Shown here one piece after another: positions 34,563 to 43,277 of a DNA stretch of 64,000 bases. The stretch is from Candidatus Saccharimonadales bacterium (lineage in GTDB: Bacteria; Patescibacteriota; Saccharimonadia; Saccharimonadales; UBA10212). Location: contig JBEKOJ010000001.1 of NCBI GenBank assembly GCA_049521895.1, positions 162,717-226,716 of the forward strand, given 5' to 3'. The notes under the pieces were generated by a model. That model was not told the DNA's origin. It did no database searches and was given only the letters and a program-made list of their open reading frames with translations. How positions within the stretch are numbered: position 1 is the stretch's first letter; every line of letters begins with the position of its first letter. Made by a program: the position numbers and the translations under genes.

Positions 34563-35207
34563 TTATTTACTCTTACTTTCAAGTGACTTGTGCTGCCCAT
34601 TCGACGTGCTCAGGGCACTCTGAGGGCTACTCGAAGGGTGAGGTTTCTCGAAAGGCAGGCCAAACTTAGTTAGTAAGGCTTTGGCCTGTTCGGGATTTTG
34701 CGCCTGGATAATAAACGTCACTTGCAATCCATGCGCTGTGGCGGTCTCTTCAAAGCTAAGCTCTGGGAAAACCGACTGGTCTACCAGCCCAAGACTGTAG
34801 CTGCCTTGTTTATCAAATGAACTGGTGCTCACGCCGTGAAAGTCACGCAAGCGGGGCAGGACAATATTGATCAGCCGGTCAGCAAACTCATACATTCTAT
34901 CACCTCTGAGCGTAACTTTCAGCCCTATTTTATTTCCTTCGCGTAACTTAAAGCTGGCGATAGACTTTTTCGCGGTGGTTTCCACGGGTTTTTGGCCAGT
35001 AATTTTAGCCAAAGTGTTGGCTGCCACCTCTAGCAAGCGCTTTTCGTCCTTGGCCTTGCCCACACCTGCACTGACTACAATTTTCTCCAAGCGCGGAGCT
35101 TCATGGATATTTCTGAGCCCGAGCTCGTTTTTAAGCTCGCCAGCCCAAACATCTTTATAGCTGGTGCTCAAACGCGGCTTATAAGCAGGTTTGGTTACGG
35201 TAGCCAT
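34563..35207 (-). CDS. rplE: 50S ribosomal protein uL5 with about 35-aa C-terminal tail
   Basis: ..LRNIHEAPRLEKIVVSAGVGKA.. and ..LRGDRMYEFADRLINIVLPRLRDFHG.. are canonical uL5. Confidence 0.95.
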   Translation of the reverse strand: MATVTKPAYKPRLSTSYKDVWAGELKNELGLRNIHEAPRLEKIVVSAGVGKAKDEKRLLEVAANTLAKITGQKPVETTAKKSIASFKLREGNKIGLKVTLRGDRMYEFADRLINIVLPRLRDFHGVSTSSFDKQGSYSLGLVDQSVFPELSFEETATAHGLQVTFIIQAQNPEQAKALLTKFGLPFEKPHPSSSPQSALSTSNGQHKSLESKSK

Positions 35208-35230
35208 TAGACGCTCCCTTTAGTCGCTTT

Positions 35231-35305
35231 AGGTGACAGGTTGTAGGTTGTAGGTGACAGTTTAGTTACAGTTTTTGTAACCTGTAACCTGTAACCTGTA
35301 ACCTG
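35231..35305. repeat. Low-complexity quasi-palindromic spacer repeat, family D, with (GTAACCT)x4
   Basis: aggtgacaggttgtaggttgtaggtgacag faces GTAACCTGTAACCTGTAACCTGTAACCT. The arms pair as AGGU/ACCU blocks on the mRNA strand. Confidence 0.65.
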
Positions 35306-35326
35306 ATGATGAGTGGAACGAATCAT

Positions 35327-35692
35327 CTACTTTAGCTCCTTGCCACTCGTTTTGAGTACACGCACTTTGGCGCCATCTTTGATTAATTTGTAGCCGATAC
35401 GCGACGGTTTCTTGGCGACACTATCCAGTAGACCGAGTTTGCTTACCCAAATAGGCTTGGTAATTTCAATGATGCCGCCCTGCGGATGCTGGGGCGTGGG
35501 TTTACGATGTTTTTTGACGACGTTGATGCCCTCGACTGTAACTTTGTTGAGTTTAGGATAAACAGCCAGCACTTTACCGCTACGGCCCTTGTGCTTACCA
35601 GAGCGTACCATTACCATATCACCGGTCTTTAGCCGAATCTTATAGATTCGGCCAGCTCTTAGCTTAGAGCTCTTAGCTGTTGGCTTATTCAT
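35327..35692 (-). CDS. rplX: 50S ribosomal protein uL24
   Basis: The KOW motif ..[21 protein letters not shown].. is present, and the gene has an ATGA overlap with rplN. Confidence 0.93.
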   Translation of the reverse strand: MNKPTAKSSKLRAGRIYKIRLKTGDMVMVRSGKHKGRSGKVLAVYPKLNKVTVEGINVVKKHRKPTPQHPQGGIIEITKPIWVSKLGLLDSVAKKPSRIGYKLIKDGAKVRVLKTSGKELK

Positions 35693-36060
35693 AGTACCTC
35701 CGGTGCTAGCGAAATTATGCGGCTATAGCCCATGTCGCGCAGCTCGCGCGGCACCGGGCCAAAAATACGAGTACCCCTGGGTGTTTTGTCGTCTTCTGCC
35801 AGCACAACTGCAGCATTATCATCAAAGCGCAGTACCGTGCCATCGGGGCGTCGGATGGGGCTGCGGGTACGCACGATCACGGCCTTAACAATGCTCTTGC
35901 GCTTAATAGCGCCCGCGGGGTTAGCTGTTTTGACACTGGCCACGATGATATCGCCGACGCGTGCATAACGGCGGCGGCTACCACCCAGCACACGGATAGT
36001 CAGCAGCTGGCGGGCGCCGCTGTTATCAGTAGCTATCAGTCGTGATTCTTGCTGTATCAT
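35689..36060 (-). CDS. rplN: 50S ribosomal protein uL14
   Basis: [28 protein letters not shown].. is canonical uL14. Confidence 0.97.
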   Translation of the reverse strand: MIQQESRLIATDNSGARQLLTIRVLGGSRRRYARVGDIIVASVKTANPAGAIKRKSIVKAVIVRTRSPIRRPDGTVLRFDDNAAVVLAEDDKTPRGTRIFGPVPRELRDMGYSRIISLAPEVL

Positions 36061-36432
36061 TTAAGTTTCCTCCCTGGCCTTTTCGGTTTTTGTGGACTTT
36101 TCTTTGGCAGCCTTGGCTTTGGAGCCAGTAGATGGCTCCGGCGCTTCCTCCACGAGCACATCGGCTATAGCATCAGTCTCTTCGAAATGGGCTCCAGCTC
36201 GTTGCAGAATCTTGATCAAGCTAAAATGTTTGCGGGCGCTTAAGGGGCGGGTTTCAGTAACGACAATCAGATCGCCAACCTTGGCTTCATTTTTCTCGTC
36301 ATGCACCATAAATTTAGTGCTTGCGGTGTACTGTTTTTTGTATAGCGGGTGGGTTTTGCGTGCAGTAACGGAAATAATAACCGTCTTGTTGGGCTTATCG
36401 CTGGTAACAACGCCAGTCAATGTACGGGCCAT
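36061..36432 (-). CDS. rpsQ: 30S ribosomal protein uS17 with about 40-aa C-terminal tail
   Basis: ..LTGVVTSDKPNKTVIISVTARKTHPLYKK..VHDEKNEAKVGD.. is canonical uS17. Confidence 0.94.
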   Translation of the reverse strand: MARTLTGVVTSDKPNKTVIISVTARKTHPLYKKQYTASTKFMVHDEKNEAKVGDLIVVTETRPLSARKHFSLIKILQRAGAHFEETDAIADVLVEEAPEPSTGSKAKAAKEKSTKTEKAREET

Positions 36433-36433
36433 T

Positions 36434-36634
36434 TTATGCCTCCTCCTTGGATAATTGTTCGGAGAGAACAGTTAGCATGCGGGCTAAGTCCTTGCGTTTA
36501 CTGCGCAGGATGCGGACATTGCTCACTTCGCCGCTATACAGCCGACGGCGTAGTTCCAGGATTTCCTCGCGCAAGCTAGAACTGTCTTTGGCCAGCTGTT
36601 CAGTGCTTAGTTTGCGGATATCGGCAATTTTCAT
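36434..36634 (-). CDS. rpmC: 50S ribosomal protein uL29
   Basis: 66 aa. ..LREEILELRRRLYSGEVSNVRILRSKRKDLARMLTVL.. is canonical uL29. Confidence 0.93.
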   Translation of the reverse strand: MKIADIRKLSTEQLAKDSSSLREEILELRRRLYSGEVSNVRILRSKRKDLARMLTVLSEQLSKEEA

Positions 36635-36635
36635 A

Positions 36636-37052
36636 TTATTGCTCTTCCTTGATCACAAACATCGTTTTAACTGGTAATTTGTGTCCGGCCAGGCGCATGG
36701 CCTCGCGGGCAGTTTCCTCGGTTACGCCGCCCATTTCGAACATGATAGTCCCGGGTTTAACCTTAGCGACGAAGAATTCCGGGCTGCCCTTGCCGACGCC
36801 CATTTTGGTACCCAAGGCTTTTTGGGTAACTGGTATATGCGGGAAGACCCTAATCCAAATTTGGCCGCCACGCTTAATGTAGCGGGTCATAGCTTGGCGG
36901 GCAGCTTCAATTTGGCGGCTGGTAATGCGCTCGCTTTGCTGGCTTACCAGGCCGAAGCGGCCGTAGGCCAGTTCGTCCAAGGACGTGGCTACACCACCGT
37001 GAATACGACCTTTGCGAACCTTACGAAACTTAGTGCGAGACGGCATCAGCAT
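36636..37052 (-). CDS. rplP: 50S ribosomal protein uL16
   Basis: [19 protein letters not shown].. and ..[28 protein letters not shown].. are canonical uL16. Confidence 0.97.
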   Translation of the reverse strand: MLMPSRTKFRKVRKGRIHGGVATSLDELAYGRFGLVSQQSERITSRQIEAARQAMTRYIKRGGQIWIRVFPHIPVTQKALGTKMGVGKGSPEFFVAKVKPGTIMFEMGGVTEETAREAMRLAGHKLPVKTMFVIKEEQ

Positions 37053-37071
37053 AACAGAGTTCCTTCGGGGC

Positions 37072-37185
37072 TATTTACCATTGACCATTTGCCATTTTCC
37101 AGTGATTTACCAGGTAGCATTTGCCATTGGTTAGATAAAAAATCAGCAATAAATGTTAAATGTAAATTGTTAAATGTAAATTGGA
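37072..37185. repeat. Low-complexity quasi-palindromic spacer repeat, family A (inverted orientation)
   Basis: tatttaccattgaccatttgccattttccagtgatttaccaggtagcatttgccattgg faces caataaatgttaaatgtaaattgttaaatgtaaattgg. Confidence 0.65.
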
Positions 37186-37200
37186 ATGACGGAGTCATGA

Positions 37201-37833
37201 CTAGATTACCTCACCCCTGTAAATCCAAACTTTAACACCGATAATACCGGCGCCTGGATAAAGCGCACGGGCACTAGCATAATCTATATCGGCCCGCAGA
37301 GTATGCAACGGCACACTGCCTTGCACCTCCTTCTCGCGGCGGCTCATTTCCATACCACCTAAGCGCCCGGCAATTTCAATGCGTACGCCTTTGGCGCCGG
37401 CGCGCATAGTAGCTCCAGCGGCTGATTTTACAGCTCGCCGCCAAGCGATACGGCGCTCCAGCTGATGGGCGATATTTTCAGCTACCAATTTGGCCTGAAG
37501 CTCGGGACGTTTGATTTCTTCAATGTTAACTCGAACTGGCACGCCATAAAGTTTCTCGATGGCATCTTTAAGCTCAGCGGCGCCAGTGCCACCACGACCA
37601 ATTACCACACCAGCCTTGGCGGTCTGAACAGTCACCGTTACCAGGTTCGGCGAGCGCTCGATATCAACCTTGCTGACGGCTGCGCGGGAGCCGAGTTTTT
37701 TCTCTATCAACCGACGAGCTGCCAGATCTTGTTTAAGATACTCGGCGTATTCTTTTTTGCCGGCGAACCATTTACTGCGCCAGTCTTTGTTAACCTGCAA
37801 GCGCATACTTATAGGATTAACTTTTTGGCCCAT
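37201..37833 (-). CDS. rpsC: 30S ribosomal protein uS3
   Basis: MGQKVNPISMRLQVNKDWRSKWFA.. plus the KH domain ..GVVIGRGGTGAAELK... Confidence 0.97.
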   Translation of the reverse strand: MGQKVNPISMRLQVNKDWRSKWFAGKKEYAEYLKQDLAARRLIEKKLGSRAAVSKVDIERSPNLVTVTVQTAKAGVVIGRGGTGAAELKDAIEKLYGVPVRVNIEEIKRPELQAKLVAENIAHQLERRIAWRRAVKSAAGATMRAGAKGVRIEIAGRLGGMEMSRREKEVQGSVPLHTLRADIDYASARALYPGAGIIGVKVWIYRGEVI

Positions 37834-38216
37834 TACTCGGTCTCCTTAAGCTCAGCTTTAGCGACCGGTTTTCTTGGTTGGCGCTTCTCGCCTTCTACCT
37901 CTACAAAAATGTGGCTTGTCCGGCGGGCAAATGGTAGTGCGCGGCCACGGGCAGCCGGACGCCAACGTTTGTACTGCGGCCCCGGAGTTACACTTATAGA
38001 AATAACACGCAAAGAATCAGGTTTGTAGCTATGATTGTGCTCGGCATTAGCTCTGGCGCTTTTAATAACTTCTTTGACTTCAGAAGCTGCTCGCCGCGGT
38101 GTATGTTCCAGGATTGTTATAGCATCGGCCACTAAGCGGCCGCGCACCAATGCCGCCACTGCGCCAACTTTGCGCGGACTGATGCGGACTTTCTTGGCTG
38201 AAGCATAAGCCGGCAT
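37833..38216 (-). CDS. rplV: 50S ribosomal protein uL22
   Basis: ..KVRISPRKVGAVAALVRGRLVADAITILEHTPRRAA.. is canonical uL22. Confidence 0.95.
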   Translation of the reverse strand: MPAYASAKKVRISPRKVGAVAALVRGRLVADAITILEHTPRRAASEVKEVIKSARANAEHNHSYKPDSLRVISISVTPGPQYKRWRPAARGRALPFARRTSHIFVEVEGEKRQPRKPVAKAELKETE

Positions 38217-38220
38217 TAAT

Positions 38221-38511
38221 TTACTCCTTAATTCCTTCAGCTTCGCTCTTAGCTAATCTTCCACCGTGGACACGGAATTTGCGCGTCGGTGAAAATTCAC
38301 CTAGTTTGTGGCCAACCATATTTTCGGTAATAAACACCGGTACGTGTACTTTGCCGTTATGCACGGCGATGGTGCGCCCAACGAACTCTGGAGCAATAGT
38401 ACTGGCGCGGGCCCAGGTTTTTACAACGCTGCGGTCTTCTGAGCTCAAGGCAGCGATTTTCTTGGCTAGTTTAGGGTCCACAAACGGACCTTTTTTGAGT
38501 GATCTGCTCAC
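38221..38511 (-). CDS. rpsS: 30S ribosomal protein uS19
   Basis: [15 protein letters not shown].. and ..[35 protein letters not shown].. are canonical uS19. Confidence 0.97.
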   Translation of the reverse strand: MSRSLKKGPFVDPKLAKKIAALSSEDRSVVKTWARASTIAPEFVGRTIAVHNGKVHVPVFITENMVGHKLGEFSPTRKFRVHGGRLAKSEAEGIKE

Positions 38512-38514
38512 CGG

Positions 38515-39348
38515 TTATCTCCTCTTCCCCTGGTGGCGGGTTCTTACGATAAACTTACTGCTAATATTGCGGCGGCGGGTTTTATACCCAAGGGTTTTCT
38601 GGCCCCAAGGTGTCCGGGGGTCTTTTTCAGTACCGTGCTTACCCTCGCCACCACCATGCGGATGGTCAGCGGCGGCCATGACTACACCGCGGACCGTTGG
38701 CCTGATACCCATGTGACGCTTGCGGCCGGCCTTGCCGATTTGGATATTTTGATGCTGCTCATTGCCCACGGTGCCAACAGAGGCCATACAGTCAACGTGT
38801 ATCATTCTAATTTCTCCACTAGGTAATCGCACTTGGGCATATTTTTCTTCTTTTGCTATAAGTTGTGCGCCGGCCCCGGCGGTGCGGGCCAGTTGGGCGC
38901 CCCGGCCTGGCTGAAGCTCAATAGCATGTATAGTTGTACCAGTTGGGATGTTTTTAATTGGCAAGCGGTTGCCCCGTTCGATGGAGGCTTCTTCGCTCAC
39001 ATTGACCTTTCGGCCAACTCGCATCCCTTTGGCGGCTAAGACGTAGTGGTGGTTGCCATCTTGGTCAATGACTCTGGCAATTCTAGCGCTACGGTTGGGG
39101 TCGTATTCTATATGTTCAATGGTCGCGCTTGTACCCACGGACGGCTTAAAATTAACCATGCGGTAATACCGTCTGGCGCCGGCGCCGCGATGACGGGTGG
39201 TAATTCGCCCCTGGTTATTGCGGCCCACAGAACCTTTTTTAATGCGAATTAGGCTGCGCAGCGGTTTATCGGTAGAAATGCCAGCAAAATCCTGGCTGCT
39301 CATGCCGCGGCGACTTGGAGTTGTAGGTTTGTAAGCTTTAACGGCCAT
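38515..39348 (-). CDS. rplB: 50S ribosomal protein uL2
   Basis: MAVKAYKPTTPSRRGMS.. and ..HPHGGGEGK.. are canonical uL2. I chose the ATG at 39348. Confidence 0.96.
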   Translation of the reverse strand: MAVKAYKPTTPSRRGMSSQDFAGISTDKPLRSLIRIKKGSVGRNNQGRITTRHRGAGARRYYRMVNFKPSVGTSATIEHIEYDPNRSARIARVIDQDGNHHYVLAAKGMRVGRKVNVSEEASIERGNRLPIKNIPTGTTIHAIELQPGRGAQLARTAGAGAQLIAKEEKYAQVRLPSGEIRMIHVDCMASVGTVGNEQHQNIQIGKAGRKRHMGIRPTVRGVVMAAADHPHGGGEGKHGTEKDPRTPWGQKTLGYKTRRRNISSKFIVRTRHQGKRR

Positions 39349-39460
39349 TATTTGCGCCTCCGGCTTATAAGACAAACCTGGCGGTTTTTCTCATCGCGCC
39401 GGCAAAATAAAATACATTTTGTCGGGCTGCTCTTTTCCCTATAGCTATTCAGCTGCATCA
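39349..39460 (-). promoter_or_regulatory. Structured intercistronic leader upstream of rplB (paralog of the rpsN leader)
   Basis: The minus strand reads TATAGGGAAAAGAG..CCGACAAAAT-gtatttt-ATTTTGCCGG..CGATGAGAAAAACCGCCAGGTTTGTCTTATAAGCCGGAGGCGCAAATAATG. Confidence 0.45.
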
Positions 39461-39802
39461 TTATTTCTTCCCCTTAGTTTCTGGTTTAGTCTCGGGCTCT
39501 TCGACAGCGGCAAAAATCGGCAGCTTATCGCCTTCTTTCAGGACGACGTAAGCTTTGCGGAAGTCAGAACGCCGCGCTCTATGCGACACCCGGCCTCCAC
39601 GGCGGTATGTTCTTTTAGTCTTAGCGGGCGCACCAGTGATGCGTACTTTTATAACCGAGACACTGTATTGTTTGGCTACGGCATCTGCTACGCTAAGGCT
39701 GTTTACTCCGCTCGGGACTTCGAATAGATAGGTATTGAGCTCCTCGCTTAGGGAATAGGCTTTTTCGCTCAGACGCGGTTTAAGCACGACCGATTTATTC
39801 AT
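39461..39802 (-). CDS. rplW: 50S ribosomal protein uL23
   Basis: ..VLKPRLSEKAYSLSEELNTYLFEVPSGVNSLSVADAV.. is uL23, and the gene sits between rplD and rplB. Confidence 0.92.
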   Translation of the reverse strand: MNKSVVLKPRLSEKAYSLSEELNTYLFEVPSGVNSLSVADAVAKQYSVSVIKVRITGAPAKTKRTYRRGGRVSHRARRSDFRKAYVVLKEGDKLPIFAAVEEPETKPETKGKK

Positions 39803-40436
39803 CCTTGTCCCCCAGTTGCTTACTTAGAACCTCAAGCGCTTCCCGGCTCAGCACGATAGTTTCAGCGTTCATAGCATCAAAAACATTAAGATAATTAACT
39901 TGCATTGCCTTAACTAAGGGCAGGTTATTGGTGGCTCGTTCAACTAAGTCGTCTTTTTGGGGCACAACAATCAGTACCGGTTTTTTTACACCCATCTTAT
40001 CCAGCAAATTGATAGTTGGTTTGACTTTGCCTTCCGGGCAGGCAAAGGTTTCTATCACCTTAATTCTGTCTTCCTTGGCGGCTAGGCTGAGAGCTTGGCG
40101 CAGAGCTTGGCGCTTGGCCTTAACGTTCAGAACCCGGACATAGTTCTGCTCACCCGTAGGGCCCAGGGCCACGCCACCCCCGCGCCAGATTGGGTTGCGG
40201 GATGAGCCAAAGCGCGCCCGGCCGGTACCTTTTTGACGCCAAGGTTTTTGGCCGCCGCCTTGGACTTCGCCGCGGCGTTTGGTTTTGGCCATTGCCGATC
40301 GGCCATTGGCCAAGTACGCCAAGTAGGCATCTTTAAGGAGCTGGTGGTTCTTTGCATCAACTCCAAAAATCTTCTTGTCCAGCTTAGCCGGCGTGGTGGC
40401 TTTAGCTCCAGATTTAGTAAAGGTTGCAACTGGCAT
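39795..40436 (-). CDS. rplD: 50S ribosomal protein uL4
   Basis: ..GGGQKPWRQKGTGRARFGSSRNPIWRGGGVALGP.. is canonical uL4. Confidence 0.96.
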   Translation of the reverse strand: MPVATFTKSGAKATTPAKLDKKIFGVDAKNHQLLKDAYLAYLANGRSAMAKTKRRGEVQGGGQKPWRQKGTGRARFGSSRNPIWRGGGVALGPTGEQNYVRVLNVKAKRQALRQALSLAAKEDRIKVIETFACPEGKVKPTINLLDKMGVKKPVLIVVPQKDDLVERATNNLPLVKAMQVNYLNVFDAMNAETIVLSREALEVLSKQLGDKDE

Positions 40437-41047
40437 TATTTTGCCTCCCTCACCAAGACTATGCCTTTACGCGGACCCGGAACGGCACCTGTCACGCCTA
40501 TTACCTTCATGTCGTTGTCTACCAAAGCCACCTTTAGCCTTTTAACAGTTACGCGGTCATTGCCCATTTGGCCGGCCATTTTTTTGCCCGGAAAGATACG
40601 CTGAGGATACATAGAACCGATGGAGCCTGGACGGCGGTAACTGCGGCCTCCATGAGTCTTGCGCCCACGGTGGAAATTATGACGTTTTATCGTACCGGCA
40701 AAGCCCTTACCCTTGCTAATGCCGGTTACATCTACACTATCGCCAACATTAAAAAGATCGGCGCTTAAAGTGTCGCCGATCTTCAAGTCTTCTGGCTGCT
40801 CATTAATGCGGAATTCACGAATAATCTTCGGCAGCATATTGAAACCCTTAAATTGTCCCTGCTGAGTTTTACCAGGCTTTTTGGTCTGCTCAAAGCCCAG
40901 CTGAACCGCCCAATAGCCGTCTTTATCTTCTGATTTGATCCGCGAAACAACGTTGGGGCCGGCCGAAAGCAAAGTCACAGGCAACAGCGCGCCATTTTCG
41001 CCAATGACGCTGGTCATGCCAAGTTTTCGGGTAATTAATGCCTTCAC
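40436..41047 (-). CDS. rplC: 50S ribosomal protein uL3 (GTG start)
   Basis: (M)KALITRKLGMTSV.. and ..GKGFAGTIKRHNFHRGRKTHG.. are canonical uL3. Confidence 0.96.
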   Translation of the reverse strand: MKALITRKLGMTSVIGENGALLPVTLLSAGPNVVSRIKSEDKDGYWAVQLGFEQTKKPGKTQQGQFKGFNMLPKIIREFRINEQPEDLKIGDTLSADLFNVGDSVDVTGISKGKGFAGTIKRHNFHRGRKTHGGRSYRRPGSIGSMYPQRIFPGKKMAGQMGNDRVTVKRLKVALVDNDMKVIGVTGAVPGPRKGIVLVREAK

Positions 41048-41177
41048 GCCTAGTCCTTAATAGTTGATTTACTAAAAGCATAGTGAAATTAGAATATGGG
41101 CAAGATGCCCAACTCTTGCTAACAGATTACCATACTAAACAAACCTCTGTCAATTCGTAGCAAAAATTACATCTCGT

Positions 41178-41444
41178 TTAGTGGAGGGTCAGCACCAGGC
41201 CGATCGGCACCCAGAAGCCAACAAACATTGCCACCAGCAGCAGTGCGTATTCAATTTTACGGTCAATCCTAAAATGGTCGTGGGCCGCAAATAGCAAGCC
41301 CAGCAATGCGCCGTAAGGTATTGGAATTTGGGCACCGGTCTTGGTTTCTATCTTGAACCACTGCGAGCCAACTATTAGATACAGCACCAGTTTCAGAATA
41401 TATAAGCTGTCTGGTTCTTGCTTGGCCGTTTTGTTGTTTGCCAT
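41178..41444 (-). CDS. Small membrane protein (88 aa, 3 predicted TM), unknown function
   Basis: Has hydrophobic segments LYILKLVLYLIVG, YGALLGLLFAA and ALLLVAMFVGFWVPIGLVL. It starts 16 nt after the aminopeptidase stop. Confidence 0.6.
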   Translation of the reverse strand: MANNKTAKQEPDSLYILKLVLYLIVGSQWFKIETKTGAQIPIPYGALLGLLFAAHDHFRIDRKIEYALLLVAMFVGFWVPIGLVLTLH

Positions 41445-41460
41445 AAGAATTAATATAGCA

Positions 41461-42672
41461 CTAAACAGTAAACTGACCGTTCTTATAGATCACTTCTTGA
41501 CTGCCATCAGACAATGTAGCGGTAACAATCCGATCGGTAGTAGAAATCATATCAACGTGAATAGCTGACTCGTTATAGCCTAACTTTTTCGATAGCGACG
41601 GAGTCATTTTCTTTGTATCGCCATCGAATGTATCGTGATAGCTTTTACCAACCGCTAGGTGGGTATTGCCAAACCGGCCGCCCATATTTTCGTCAAACAG
41701 CGTTTCAGCCATAAATTTGGTGATATGGCTCAGGCGCCTATCAGTCAATGAGAATTCGCCGATTTGTGACGCACCGTCATCCGTAGCTAGCATTTCCCGC
41801 AAGAGTTTCTGATTTTTGCTGGCTGTGGCTCTAACTACCCGACCCACCTTAAAAGTAAGCTCTATGTCCTGGACGCGCGGGCCATAGTAATACAGTGGTT
41901 GGTTAAAGCGGATCCGGCCTTCCGTACCATGCCAATCCGGTGAGGTAAAGACCTCAAAGCTTGGTATATTGCGTCCGCCACCACCCAACCATTTGCGCTT
42001 CTTTCCCATTGTTATATGCAAATCGACGTCTTTGCCAACCACATGCAGTTTATCTATTCGCAGTCTGGTAAGCCTTGTTGCTACGCGCTGGACTTCTTTG
42101 CTGGTCTTGCGCCACTCGGCGATCGGATCAGATTTGTCTAAGTAACAGGCTTTTATTATTTGACGCCAATGGCCTTTCTCGCTAAGCCCAGCCTCTTTGG
42201 CCATACTTGGCGTGCCGTAAAGAGCCAGAGTCCATGTGTATTTGCCAATGTTTTCTTTGTCGTTAAGCCAATCGGCGAGAGGTTTGGCGCTCTTTTGGGT
42301 GAGCATTATCTTTTTTGGATCTATTTTGTCCAGTTCATGTACATCATGTTCAGCGATTACGGCAATACGGTGGTCAACTTGCTCAACTAGTCCCTTGAAG
42401 TACTTGTCGAGAAATGCAACCAGCTGCTGGTGATTAGCGTGTTCGTAAAAGTATTTTGCAGCGCCGGACATATCGTCCGCCAGACCATTAATAAGAATCC
42501 CGCCGCTATCTATGATATTTTTTCGCAAAGCCCGATAAAAAGGCAGAGCCGACAGTGGCGATTGCAAAAAAACCACCTCCCCGGGCTTGATACCGCTGCC
42601 ACCACCCAGCGCAAAATTTACCAAAACCTTGGCATACTTATCAAGAATCTCTTCTGGGGGCGTATAGCTCAT
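41461..42672 (-). CDS. M29 family aminopeptidase (AmpS/PepS-like)
   Basis: 403 aa. The N-terminus ..LDKYAKVLVNFALGGGSGIKPGEVVFL.. and ..FDENMGGRFGNTHLAVGKSY.. resemble aminopeptidase T/S. Confidence 0.8.
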   Translation of the reverse strand: MSYTPPEEILDKYAKVLVNFALGGGSGIKPGEVVFLQSPLSALPFYRALRKNIIDSGGILINGLADDMSGAAKYFYEHANHQQLVAFLDKYFKGLVEQVDHRIAVIAEHDVHELDKIDPKKIMLTQKSAKPLADWLNDKENIGKYTWTLALYGTPSMAKEAGLSEKGHWRQIIKACYLDKSDPIAEWRKTSKEVQRVATRLTRLRIDKLHVVGKDVDLHITMGKKRKWLGGGGRNIPSFEVFTSPDWHGTEGRIRFNQPLYYYGPRVQDIELTFKVGRVVRATASKNQKLLREMLATDDGASQIGEFSLTDRRLSHITKFMAETLFDENMGGRFGNTHLAVGKSYHDTFDGDTKKMTPSLSKKLGYNESAIHVDMISTTDRIVTATLSDGSQEVIYKNGQFTV

Positions 42673-42680
42673 TACTGATA

Positions 42681-42686
42681 ATTATA
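42681..42686 (-). promoter_or_regulatory. -10 box TATAAT 8 nt upstream of the aminopeptidase ATG (near-leaderless)
   Basis: The minus strand reads catcTATAATtatcagtaATG. Confidence 0.4.
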
Positions 42687-42710
42687 GATGAATTATCGGC
42701 TTTGCGAAAG

Positions 42711-42739
42711 AAGTAAAATTACTTGACTAATCAAGTAAT
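42711..42739 (-). terminator. Putative intrinsic terminator just after rpsJ
   Basis: The minus strand reads ATTACTTGA-ttag-TCAAGTAAT followed by TTTACTTCTTTC. Confidence 0.5.
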
Positions 42740-42741
42740 TA

Positions 42742-43071
42742 TCACATCTTGATTTCGGCGTCACAGCCTGCCGGTAAAGACAGGTTCATAAGACTGTCTA
42801 TAGTCTTCGGTGTAGGGTCGGAAATGTCTATCAGGCGTTTATGTACGCGCATCTCAAACTGCTCCCTGCCCTTTTTATAAATATGCGGGCTTTTGATGAC
42901 CGTAAAGGTGCTTTTGCGGGTTGGCAGAGGGATCGGCCCGGCAATTTTAGCGCCGGTGCGCAGAGCGGTCTCTACAATCTGTTTAGCAGACTGGTCAATG
43001 ACCTTGTGGTCATAGGCCTTAAGACGGATTCTAATCCGCTGCTTCACTTCGGGTTCTTTAGTCTCTGCCAT
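42742..43071 (-). CDS. rpsJ: 30S ribosomal protein uS10
   Basis: ..[33 protein letters not shown].. is canonical uS10. Confidence 0.97.
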   Translation of the reverse strand: MAETKEPEVKQRIRIRLKAYDHKVIDQSAKQIVETALRTGAKIAGPIPLPTRKSTFTVIKSPHIYKKGREQFEMRVHKRLIDISDPTPKTIDSLMNLSLPAGCDAEIKM

Positions 43072-43277
43072 TACTCTTCCTCGTCATCCATAGCGCCCCA
43101 GGCTGCTTCGAATTCTTCGGCCTGACGCATCCTATATGACAGGGTTCCGGGGGTATTTGCCAAAGTTTCGGCCATGGAGCTAACTATCCCGCTTTTAAGC
43201 GTTGGGTCATCGACTGTTATGCCTGCCTCTTCAAGGACAAGGTCCACAAGCTGCTGATCAAACTCAGGACTAGACAT
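43071..43277 (-). CDS. Small acidic protein (68 aa) translationally coupled between tuf and rpsJ
   Basis: Its ATG overlaps the tuf stop (TAATG) and its stop overlaps the rpsJ ATG (TAATG). It has an acidic C-terminus ..AMDDEEE, and I recognised no family. Confidence 0.6.
   Translation of the reverse strand: MSSPEFDQQLVDLVLEEAGITVDDPTLKSGIVSSMAETLANTPGTLSYRMRQAEEFEAAWGAMDDEEE

Noticed and set aside
36681-37235. 184-aa plus-strand ORF. Similar long antisense ORFs occur at 4657..5073, 14526..14945, 23095..23607, 26317..26736, 33572..33994, 45304..45789, 51042..51557 and 52942..53514.
   Set aside because: All lie antisense to strongly conserved minus-strand genes (r-proteins, rpoBC, fusA, rluD). 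They have low-complexity S/A/L/P-rich translations, no RBS and no recognisable domains, so they are shadow ORFs.
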